Shown here piece after piece: positions 12,621 to 22,519 of a stretch of 37,375 nucleotides of DNA; the first letter of the stretch is position 1; each line of letters starts with the position of its first letter. A model generated the notes under the pieces. The model made no database searches. It had not been told where the DNA came from and was given only the letters and a program-made list of their open reading frames with translations. Source of the stretch: Octopus bimaculoides (taxonomy: Eukaryota); the NCBI RefSeq assembly GCF_001194135.2, contig NC_068993.1, forward strand, positions 46,469,903 through 46,507,277, written 5' to 3'. The position numbers were made by a program, and so were the translations under genes.

Positions 12621-13399
12621 ATATCTTTTAAGCTGGTTCTCATGCATTTCCCTGAAGAGAAGATTACATTCTTATCAACATCTTATCTACACCTATTCCT
12701 ATGGAAAGTATAATTTGTAATCTTCGAAACATATGTTGGAAATAAAAGTGTTCAGTTAAAATATGCGTTTTACTCCATTTACTNNNNNNNNNNNNNNNNN
12801 NNNNNNNNNNNNNNNNNNNNNNNNNNNNNNNNNNNNNNNATATATATATATATATATATATATAGAAAGAATTTGTTCTTTCTTAGTGATATATTATCCA
12901 AGCGTACTCAAGTTTCGCACTAACACAATTAACGATACTGGAAATTTTTCATTTTCTAGTGTTTATTGTTGGATCTTCTTCAATATAAGTACTTCGTACT
13001 TCTGAAAATACAGTTGTCGCTATGGAGATTTCCATTATCATTATTTTCGAGTAAATAAAACTGAATTATTAAATAACCAAAGTGGCGAGAAAATCAATGA
13101 TAATATGACTTACACGATAAACGAAGTAAGGAAAATAAATCTAAGAGACTCCCCGATAGGATCTAAACATATAAACATACAATCTATAAAAAGTAGAAGC
13201 AATATGCATAATATTAACAACAAAATTGATAATATATAACTATTAATAATATGAATATAAATACTAATACTAACAATAGCAGAAAGAAACATAAAAAAGA
13301 AACAATAAATGTGTTAGAATAGGCAAAGAAAATAATGACATAGTAGATAATAATGCAAGCAGTAAACAAAGTAACATGAATAATTTTAGGTTAATGATA

Positions 13400-13900
13400 A
13401 AGACTCATGACAGAAAATTAATAATAAGGAGGTTAACTATGAAGGCGTAGAATGCAAGCACAACATTATTAGTAAGCAAGAAGGGTGCGCTACTAAAAAT
13501 ATAACTTGCGATTGCGCTAAAGGTAAACAGTGTCCATTAAATTCTTTTTTGTGGGGAAAAAAGGAGTACATGAATGTAAGGTTGTATCTGTGAGACAGGA
13601 TTGCTAATGTAGGTTCAGCGGAAAGTTATATAGAAAGAATGATATCTAATCAGGAAAATACCTTCAGGGATAGAAAAAAAGAGGCTAGCACGAGTCTAAG
13701 TATACTAATTTGGTCGATTAAGGATAAAAATGAAGATTATATACTTACGTAGGAAACAATTAGCCGAGCAAAATCTTATAGATATGGGAACAAAAGATGC
13801 GAACATTGAATCAAAGGAAGTTACCAGATTCTCACGTCTAACATCAAAACGCAAATTAATCGACAAGAGGAAAGAGGAACCTATGTGTTCATGAAGTTAA
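13400..13900 (+). mobile_element. Penelope-like element, GIY-YIG endonuclease fragment
   Basis: TCDCAKGKQCPLN ... NVGSAESYIERMISNQENTF ... STSLSILIWSIKDKNEDYILT*ETISRAKSYRYGNKRCEH* ... INRQEE, matching the PLE C-terminal pattern. Confidence 0.75.
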
Positions 13901-14157
13901 ATATACATTTAATAAATTTAAGTAGATATGGTTAAAATAAACACAGTGTAAATAAAACCTATGAATCATGCATCTATACTATAAATTAAATAGACTGAAA
14001 TATATATGTATGAATCCAACTTATCAACTAATATATTTCAATAGATAATTATATTTACTAGTAACTAATATAAATTTTGCAGCGTGGAAGGTGTTTATAA
14101 GCCATTTAAAAATACACAAAAACCGCTAGATTCACTTCAACATTTAAATTTAATTTG

Positions 14158-14202
14158 TCAAAATATTTTCGTCGCTTTGAGACCGCGACCTGTTCACTGA
14201 CC
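14158..14202 (-). ncRNA. Minimal type I hammerhead-ribozyme-like motif, G3-C8 core variant
   Basis: GTCA GTGAACA G GTCGC ggtctcaaa GCGAC GAAA ATAT TT TGAC: stem I, core, 5-bp stem II, GAAA, palindromic stem III. Confidence 0.55.
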
Positions 14203-14228
14203 AAATTCCGTGCTGCATCTGAGAAATA

Positions 14229-14307
14229 TGGAAGAAGTGCCTATTATAAACCAGTGAACAAGTGTCGATGGAAGAAGAAGTGCCTTTACTATAAACCAGT
14301 GAACAAG
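14229..14307 (+). repeat. Imperfect ~40-bp tandem duplication, each unit with TATAAA (candidate viral VP promoter)
   Basis: tggaagaagtgcctattataaaccagtgaacaag / tggaagaagaagtgcctttactataaaccagtgaacaag. TATAAA at 14245 and 14290, upstream of ATG 14364. The duplication is seen directly; the promoter role is inferred. Confidence 0.6.
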
Positions 14308-14363
14308 GCAATAGCGTTCTTTTTAATATTTAAATGTCTCCGATACGGACGCCTAAGAAAGAA

Positions 14364-15513
14364 ATGGAAAACTAAGAAAATCCAGAGGAATTAATTTGCG
14401 AAAACATCATCGAATTTCATCCACCAGGATACAGATTCCTGGGGCCAGGGACAAACATATTTTCAAAATTAAACGTAGATCCAACAAACGAACACCACAG
14501 AGCAGCAAAACTACATGATCTCCACTACGCAGACCCCAACAAGGATAGTTGGGAAGCTGATAAAGAATTCATCGACAGTGCTATTAGGACAGGACCACGT
14601 GGAACACTCGCGGCGGGGGCCATTGCAGCTAAACACGCTCTCGGACTCGATAAGGTCTTCAGACCGGACCACTGAGACTATTATCGCAGTTTGTTTCCTT
14701 CTAATAGCAATAATCAAAATATGGCGGATAAAACAGAGGGAGACGCATCAACAAACGAAAGTGAGCCTTCTCACGCTACAACACACATCCAATCAGGGTC
14801 CATGTTCCCAGGCGGAGAAACAGGTAACTTCGCGAGAAGATTCACAATCAGCAGAACATACCGAAATGTTATAAAATCATGCGACATGAACAACGCGAAA
14901 GTAAAGTTCACTAAGTTCCAAGGGAACGAATCAGGAAACCATAACGTGGGGTACTTCGCAAAAGGTGAAGTAACAGCGGAAGACTACTTAATACCATACT
15001 GGTTGACAACATGGATAAAACCATCACAATGGGAAGTCATGATGCAAATGGCAACATCCTACAGAATAGAGAAACAAGGCGTCAAAATTGACGATATCAT
15101 ATGTGGAGAGTGGACAAGCAGAAACAACGAGGAAATATTCGTAGATTCACCAACTCCATACTTTGAAATATACATAGACAAAAGAAATTACATCGGCTTC
15201 GGTTATCTCACTACGATAAGCAAAATACCCAACATTGGTTTTACAATACCACACCCAAACACATTCACAAGTATGGAACTACCGAAATACAAATATACAT
15301 ACTGCGCGCCAGTACACCTAGTTAACCAATTGGCTACAACACAAATTGAAGACTAAGTTAGCAACACCACTAATAAGCTACTGGAGAAACATGAAATCAA
15401 AAAGAAAACTAAGACAAGGAGACACTTTCCAACACGTATGGCAAATCAAATCCAGACTACAAATACCACTCACTAACCACACTATTCAAGGGAACTATAC
15501 AGTACACGTTTAA
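14364..15513 (+). pseudogene. Endogenous parvovirus/densovirus-like VP1/VP2 capsid gene (EVE), disrupted
   Basis: One frame from ATG 14364: MEN*ENPEELICENIIEFHPPGYRFLGPGTN...AAKLHDLHYADPNKDSWEADKEF... This is the parvoviral PLA2 Ca-loop YxGPG (here FLGPG), the HDxxY catalytic motif and AD..F. After TGA 14673 the same frame continues into MADK... (ATG 14721) with capsid-like RRFTISRTYR and IPYWLTTWIKPSQW. After a frameshift near 15350 comes KLRQGDTFQHVW, similar to the parvoviral LRTG(D/N)xF motif; stop at 15511-15513. Confidence 0.9.
14515..14874 (+). CDS. Intact 119-aa ORF overlapping VP1u/VP2 N-terminus in the +1 frame, with one predicted TM helix (candidate viral accessory protein)
   Basis: ATG within the HD codons of the PLA2 motif, no stop for 119 codons, hydrophobic TIIAVCFLLIAIIKIW followed by basic RIKQR. 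Confidence 0.45.
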   Translation: MISTTQTPTRIVGKLIKNSSTVLLGQDHVEHSRRGPLQLNTLSDSIRSSDRTTETIIAVCFLLIAIIKIWRIKQRETHQQTKVSLLTLQHTSNQGPCSQAEKQVTSREDSQSAEHTEML

Positions 15514-15879
15514 TTTTGAAATAATAGCAATCTACCGAAACGCAGCGACAGCAATATGAATGAATTTATTAATTTGACTGGACTATGTTAATAAATTGAT
15601 TACTCTATATATGTATTCTCAGTTTTATTTGAATTTTGAAACCTTTTTATCCTATAAATATGATAAAGACCCCATTTGATCGCGAATTACCATGGGATTG
15701 CAGCTATAATGTTCCAAACAAGGTTATTTGTAGAAGACCAGCAGTTGCCCATGCATACCCACCAATCTTCTCTCTCCACACCTTCGACTTTGTACAAGGG
15801 AAAGGCAAAGGCCAGCACCACCTGGAACCAGTGACATCGGAACCCATTTCTACTGCTGAGTGAATTGGAGCAACGTGAA

Positions 15880-15980
15880 ATAGAATGTCTGGTTCGGGAG
15901 CCTAACACACAGCGCGGTTCAGGAATTGAACTCACAATCTCATGACTATAAGCCCGATGGTCTAACGATTTCGCCATGAT
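15880..15980 (-). mobile_element. tRNA-derived SINE head at the right edge of the EVE
   Basis: Minus strand tggcgaaatcgttagaccatcgggcttatagtcatgagattgtgagttcaattcc with A/B-box-like elements. Confidence 0.55.
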
Positions 15981-16151
15981 CCTTCACATACACACACCCA
16001 CTAACACTCATACACACACTATATTTGAAAGTTACAATACATAATCAACGTTCAATCTACTGGTTAGGCAAGTACAATATTTAATGGTATTTCTAGTTGT
16101 GATATACACAGTAAATGTAGGAGAAATTGCGATAAACACGAGCTTATATCA

Positions 16152-16205
16152 TTTGTACCTACGTACGTTTCATCCAAGAGCAAAAACTGGATGCTTAACC
16201 ACAAA
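16152..16205 (-). ncRNA. Decayed hammerhead-like motif
   Basis: tttgtgg ttaagc ATCCA gtttttgctct TGGAT GAAA CGTACG TA ggtacaaa: stem II, GAAA, palindromic stem III and GUA triplet intact; CUGANGA box damaged. Confidence 0.4.
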
Positions 16206-16388
16206 GGATTTCCAGGGAACATTTTATTGCATTGTATTACCGAGGACTAATATCTGACGTTAAAGCATCTCATAAATATTTAGTGAGGGAAGTAGTTTTT
16301 ACAATAAACTTTTGTTTATTGTTATTTCTCTCTTTCTTTCTCTCTCCCTCAGTCTCACTCTCTCGCTTTCTTCCTTTCTCTCTCTCTA

Positions 16389-16451
<63 letters not shown>

Positions 16452-17017
16452 NNNNNNNNNNNNNNNNNNNNNNNNNNNNNNNNNNNNNNNNNNNNNNNNN
16501 NNNNNNNNNNNNNNNNNNNNNNNNNNNNNNNNNNNNNNNNNNNNNNNNNNNNNNNNNNNNNNNNNNNNNNNNNNNNNNNNNNNNNNNNNNNNNNNNNNNN
16601 NNNNNNNNNNNNNNNNNNNNNNNNNNNNNNNNNNNNNNNNNNNNNNNNNNNNNNNNNNNNNNNNNNNNNNNNNNNNNNNNNNNNNNNNNNNNNNNNNNNN
16701 NNNNNNNNNNNNNNNNNNNNNNNNNNNNNNNNNNNNNNNNNNNNNNNNNNNNNNNNNNNNNNNNNNNNNNNNNNNNNNNNNNNNNNNNNNNNNNNNNNNN
16801 NNNNNNNNNNNNNNNNNNNTATATATATGTTGCAAAAAGAAACTAGAAACTACACGTCGAAATGTAAGCCGAAAGTAAGAAGTAAAATAAGCGAAAATGC
16901 ACATTAGAAATCAAAAAAAGTAAAGGCTTTCTACGAAAAGTAACGATAGATATATACAATTAAAGTATATATAAAAAGGAGATAGATATATACAATTAAA
17001 GTATATATGCATAAAAA

Positions 17018-17125
17018 GGTGGCGAGCTGGTAGAAACGTTAGCACGTCCGGTGAAGTGCTTAGCGATATTTCGTCTGCCGTTACGTTCTGAGTTCAAATT
17101 CCGCAGAGGTCGACTTTGCCTTTCT
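17018..17125 (+). mobile_element. SINE family 2, 5' part
   Basis: ggtggcgagctggtagaaacgttagcacg...ttacgttctgagttcaaattccgcagaggtcgactttgcc. Confidence 0.8.
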
Positions 17126-17159
17126 CTCCATTTTTTTCAATACGCTTCGTCTACTTTCA

Positions 17160-17207
<48 letters not shown>

Positions 17208-17699
17208 ACCTCTAAGTTAGATAAATTCTGGTTTTACCTAATCTAGCTTTGGTACCAACACACAATTTCCTACCCTAACCTCAACTCACTCTTATTCTTT
17301 CTCCTGCCCCTTCTTTCTACCTCTTTTTCAACATTCTTCATACTCTCTCCTCTTTCCTCCTTCTCCCCGTATTTCTATTATTTTGTTTCCACTAAGTTCC
17401 TTCCAGTGAAAGTAAGTGGCATAGTGGTTAGTGTGTTCGGCTCAAGGCCATAATGCCAAGGGTTCAGTTCCTGGAACGGCGACTCATCGTTTCATATTAC
17501 ATCAGTTAACTCACCTCCAAATTGGTTCCAGTCGAATACTGGTGCTGCTTTCTCTCTCTGCAAATGTCATAATCTGAATGTGCCGTTGGGTCAAAGGGTG
17601 GTAGAATTGGCTGGCATCTTTGCCAGGTTACGACTATAGAAGCACCGAAAGCAATAAGCGATAACATGGTATACTTTACCACAAAAAAGCCCTAATTAT

Positions 17700-18300
17700 T
17701 CTGTCATATCCTATTTCTAGTTTTTACACCTTATAAAACCATCCTCAGGATAGGCCCATTCAACCTCACCAGTCATGCCATTCTGATCTTCCATCCGTTA
17801 AACATACTGCAAGATTGTTCCTCCCTCTCTACTCTCACCTTCACGTTCAAGCGGTACATGGAGTTAATGAGAGATTGGCCAGAGGGAAAAACATTTCAGA
17901 TTGGTCCATCACACAATATCTTATGCAAACGTTACCAAGTAAAAAAAGACCTGTTTCCCTTCCATACGAAAGGAAAGTGGTGCGAGTAGGTATCTTTGCT
18001 GTAGGCACAGCGGACAGCCTAATTCATTATACGCACGACAGAAGTCATTCGACACAAATCCACAAGTCTCTACTGAACAATGGGGCTAGGGACAGTTTCG
18101 TGTTCCTACATGTATCTCAGAAAGGTCTGGCTGTTGACATTTACCTGGCTATAGAGATTGTCTCGAACATGCCGTGCCATGCTGTAGCACTGTCATACTA
18201 ATGACTTGAGGAAGTTGTCTATAATCTCCGACCTGAAAGTCCTCCATAGACACTGGTTAGTCTGTTCTCCTCTATGGCCAGAGTTTATTCCAGGTCACTC
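17700..18300 (-). mobile_element. 3' portion of a Tx1/L1-like LINE, decayed
   Basis: Minus frames give FKSLV*QCYSMARHVRDNLY...HETV..., EGKQVFF, V*WTNLK and SGQSLIN...KVRVERE, resembling L1/Tx1 ORF2 C-termini. Confidence 0.55.
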
Positions 18301-18329
18301 TGGAATAAACCACTACGCTATATGCCCAC

Positions 18330-18403
18330 GGGCATATGGCGTAGTGGTTCAGAGCGCGGGCTACTAACTCCAAGATTCCGAGTTCGATTCCATGCAGTGA
18401 CCT
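18330..18403 (+). mobile_element. tRNA-derived SINE head followed directly by (TAA)n
   Basis: A box TGGCGTAGTGG, B box GAGTTCGATTCC; acceptor stem does not pair well, so not called as a tRNA. Confidence 0.6.
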
Positions 18404-18417
18404 TAATAATAATAATG

Positions 18418-18448
<31 letters not shown>

Positions 18449-18449
18449 G

Positions 18450-18970
18450 TGATAATAAAGCTAATGAACCGGATATTATTATAAAAGATAAGACAAAGAA
18501 GATGTGTTTATTAATTGACATGAGTATTCCTTGCGATCATAATATAGCTGCGAAAGAATTTGATAAGATCAGTAAATATAAAGACTTGCTAATAGAAATT
18601 GAAAAAATGTGGCATCTCAAAGCGACTACCGTACCAGTGATTGTAGGATTTCTAGGAAGGATAAAAAAAAAAGGAACTGAAACCTATTTGAAAATGATAC
18701 CAGGCTTACCATCCCTACAGGAAGTGCAAGACATCGTGTTAACTGGAACGACTCATATACTGAGAAGAGCATTATCGCTGTGAAAACAACATCCATTCTT
18801 GAATTTGTTTATTTATTAATTTTTTTTTAATGCATATTTTACCTGTGAATTTGCGTGTGTAAACTGGGAATACATACAATGAGCTTCTCTGCCCTAGGTG
18901 TACGGAAAACACTCCACGAGATATGGAAGAAAATTTGAAGAAAGAAGAAAAAAACAACATAATAATAATA
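18450..18970 (+). mobile_element. Short 3' fragment of an RLE-type LINE; endonuclease C-terminus still in frame
   Basis: KANEPDIIIKDKTKKMCLLIDMSIP...KYKDL..EIEKMW...VPVIVGFLG...LRRALSL*. Preceded by (TAA)n; the 3' UTR ends in taataataata. Confidence 0.88.
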
Positions 18971-19020
18971 ACATCGAAACATACCTTGGGAATGAGAACT
19001 CAGGTTCGGAATTTCCTCAA

Positions 19021-19066
19021 GACACCTAATGATGGCTGGAGGGTATATCAGCCGAAACGTTGTGTT
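19021..19066 (+). ncRNA. Minimal hammerhead-like motif in a Penelope-type terminal repeat (G5A, probably inactive)
   Basis: GACAC CTAATGA T GGCTG gagggtatat CAGCC GAAA CG TT GTGTT. Confidence 0.6.
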
Positions 19067-19583
19067 AACAACAAAGAGGATGAGAACAAATATCCGTCAA
19101 ATGTAAATAACGTACAGGAAAGTAATCTCTCCTACTTGGTCAAGTGTTTCTTGAGAAAAGGTAAGGCAGCCAAGTGATCAAGGTAGTACACCTTCAGGAG
19201 AACCACTTCGCCCTTCCCTACCAGTAATGCTCTATAAATGTCTAAAGCGGAACATATTGTTTTCTTAATTGGACACGAGAGCCGAACGCGAAACAAAAAG
19301 GGACAATACAACACATGGGACAAGTGGGGCTTAAAACAAAACTTCATGTATGAAATTAAAACAAGAACAATTAATAACAAAAATTCGACAATGAAATTTC
19401 CCAAAGTGGGGGGAGAGTCCACCCAGGGATAACCCCACACATCCTGGCTACCCCGACCGCCAGGGGTACCTCAGTAGGTGCTTCCCTCCTTCTCAACTTC
19501 CCCGGCTTACAATCAGAGTGGGCTCATTATTGTGGGCCATCTTTGCTACATTCACCCCAACTTCAACAAAATTATATATATAT

Positions 19584-19631
<48 letters not shown>

Positions 19632-19639
19632 ACATATGC

Positions 19640-19800
19640 GACGGCATGGCTAAGCGGTAAGAAGTTTGCCTCCCAGTTATATGATTCCGGGTTCAGGCCC
19701 ATTGCGTAGCACCTTGAGCAAGTGTCTTCTCTTCTGCTACAACCTCAGGCCAACCAAAGCCTTATGAGTAGATTTAGTAGAAAGAAACTTACAGAAACCC
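19640..19800 (+). mobile_element. SINE family 1, 5' half
   Basis: Same consensus. Confidence 0.8.
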
Positions 19801-22409
19801 GTCTTGTGTATGTGTGTGTGTGTGTGTGTTTATGTGCGTGTGTGTGTGTTTATGTGCGTGCGTGTGGGCGTGTGTGTGGGCGTGTGTGTGCGCAAGTGTG
19901 TGTGTGTGTGTATTTGTATATGTTTGTGCTTAAGTGAGGGAGCTACTAGGTGCAAGTTTTTTTCCTTCAGATGGATTTAAATACTTCTCAGGATTTACGT
20001 AACACTAACAATGTGACAAAGCCTTTTTATTCAAAATCATTGAACGCCATTAAATCGCCCCCGTGCTTTTTACATTATACAGGAGCAGCCTTTTAAAAGA
20101 TTCAAGATATGACCTTTTCACACCACCTATTTATAATTCGTATGTCAAACTTGCATTTTGCAAATGTATGTATTATTTTTATTGGGTATTGAATTCTCAC
20201 AAATCTTGTTTAGGTTCTAACATGATAGATAGATAGATATGTAGTGTATGTATACCTTTCTTTTTGTGTTTGAAGTAACGTGCTTGTGATATTGACAATA
20301 TTTGATAAAACTTGTTCTAAGCGTGATTTTTTTCTCAAAACTGCTATTGTAATAGGTTTAAAAGACCAAATGACCGGACGAGGGAAGATTGTAATGGGGA
20401 GTGTGAGGTAAGGAAGAGAAAAATTACAGGATGCAAAGAAAGGGTAAGAGAAAAAAAAGAAAGAGAAAAAGAAGAGGAAAAGGAGGAACTGAGAGGAGTG
20501 TTAGGGAAATGGCCTCAAGAACTGTTGTCTGAGAAGTTATTTCAGAAATATGTGTCTTGGAAGAGGTTAAGGACAAACAACGTGATTGATAATTCATGTG
20601 GCGACATTTTATAAGGATTGAATTGAAAGGCGTCGAGGGAAAGTTATGTTGATGACGTCGTCAGAACGCCATTGTGTTACTTCTGTGTGCATTGTGTTAC
20701 TTGAGGAAAGGAGAATATGTCGGTTAATGATGTTTTTCCAGCCTGCTTTTCCTTTCAATTCCTTTTTCTCTCATTTTTCCTTACTTTTTCCCTCAACTTA
20801 TATTTCCTCATTCGCTGTGTGTTGTTGATTTCTCTGTCTTGCGCTAATTTTCTTTCAATTCGATTTCTTTTAACGCATCATTCTAATAATGTGCAGCAGG
20901 ATTGAATGCTCCGTTATACACTTTATATACTATTTACTTTATATACTAATATTCTTTATATACTAATATTCTTCTGCTAATGTTATGTACCGATAGAACT
21001 AATCAGTATTTAAGTCTTGCATTGTAACTGACAATATATGACCCTTCCCTAGCTCTGAGGTTAGTTGATTTATCTACCCTTAACATATTGACAGTTTTCT
21101 TTTTTCTATCTTTTAATATTTCTAAGTTAGGGTGTTCATGTAACAGGAAATTACCAATTCATAGTTTACAGTTATAAGTAGTAGTTTATGAGCAAAAATA
21201 GAAGACAAAACGAGAAGAATTAGTTTTAAGAACGATGGTATATATGCGTACACACACACATACACACACACACATACATATATGTATGTATGTATGTATA
21301 TACATACATGCATGCAGATAGACAGACAAGCATATAACCAGAGAGATTTTAGTGAGACTCACATCATTTGCAATCTGTCTGAAACGTCGAACTTCCCACA
21401 CGCTACGGCTTCAAGCTCACTGTATTCTTTTCGTCAATTTTATTGCGCGCGCGCGTGTGTGTACGAGCGATATCAAATTTAAATAGCACGTTAATAAATA
21501 CTTAGAGGTTCATTTGTATTTCTGTATGCCTGAAGGGAAACTGTAGGCTGGATTTGTATCATCTTGTAGGATATATCACAGAAAACACATCTGAAGAGAT
21601 TGCTTGAAAAAGCAATTTCATTAAGTAATTCACGTATTATAACGGATAAACATTCTGTGTTAATGAAATACGCGTAAAGTGATGCAACTAAATATTTTAT
21701 AAACAATCTCTCTAAATGTACGTATGTCTGCATACATGTATGTATGCATGAGCATGCGTCTCCTTTTCTTGAATTCCTGTGATACTTGTAAACGAGCATC
21801 ACTGTTAAGCAAGCGGTGTCCTTCGCTTCCAATATTCAATGAAATCATGTCTAGCCATGGATAGATGTTACTTTACTTGAAAACAGATCACAGTTGGCGA
21901 CATGAAGGGCATCCGGCAACAGAAAATCCGCTTCAGCGAATTCTGTCCGACTCATGCGTGTATGGAAGAGTGGCAATTAAAACGACAACGACGAGGAGTG
22001 GGAAGGAGGTGGAGGCATATTATGATGACGTTAATACTATATTTGTAAAATATCTATTAGATATTAATTAGATACTGTTATACTTCTAACTGCGTTAAAA
22101 AGTGAAATATGATAGAGGTACGACACAAAAGGAAAGGGACCAGTATATGTAAGAATGAGTATAGAAAGAGAATGAAAGATAAACAGAAATGAATGATTAG
22201 GATAAAAGAGGAGAGTGTTACTCTCAGCTATGTTTATATATACTAGTTAAAATGAAATTGTGTACCACGCTTCAGCGCCACTGCTTACTTATATCGATCT
22301 CTACTGGTATTTTATTTTGACAATTAAGTATTTCCATTTTATATCTGCAGACATTTTCACTTATATATAAACATTCATACATGTACATGGTTGTACATCT
22401 GAATTCTGA

Positions 22410-22424
22410 GTTATTATTATTATT

Positions 22425-22460
<36 letters not shown>

Positions 22461-22502
22461 ATTATTATTATCGTCATCATCATCATTATTATTATTATTA
22501 TA
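22410..22502. repeat. Compound (ATT)n/(GTT)n/(CAT)n microsatellite
   Basis: Direct inspection. Confidence 0.96.
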
Positions 22503-22519
22503 GTGCTCAAGATTGCGCA

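Noticed and set aside
13110-13292. Hydrophobic minus-strand ORF ending at a GTAAGT donor, considered as host exon 1
   Set aside because: In the ATG-containing frame it ends in phase 2, not the required phase 1; the phase 1 frame has a stop and no ATG. 28538-28571 fits better.
14100-14230. Parvoviral terminal hairpin (ITR) at the left edge of the EVE
   Set aside because: The only stems are short and fit a hammerhead fold, not a long T- or Y-shaped palindrome.
16946-17018. Short tandem duplication gatagatatatacaattaaagtatatat
   Set aside because: Ordinary local slippage duplication in AT-rich sequence.
18330-18403. Possible tRNA gene (also 17415-17485, 15880-15980 and 33492-33560)
   Set aside because: A/B boxes are present but there is no good cloverleaf or acceptor stem; they run into SINE bodies or microsatellite tails.
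21122-21313. Signal-peptide-like minus-strand stretch (LKLILLVLSSIFAHKLLL) with a GTAATT donor
   Set aside because: Phase 0, incompatible with exon 2; no clear start or acceptor; AT-rich bias explains the hydrophobicity.
21340-21395. Seventh hammerhead candidate (gac...gtc tgaaacgtc)
   Set aside because: The core box and stem I are too degenerate to distinguish from chance.
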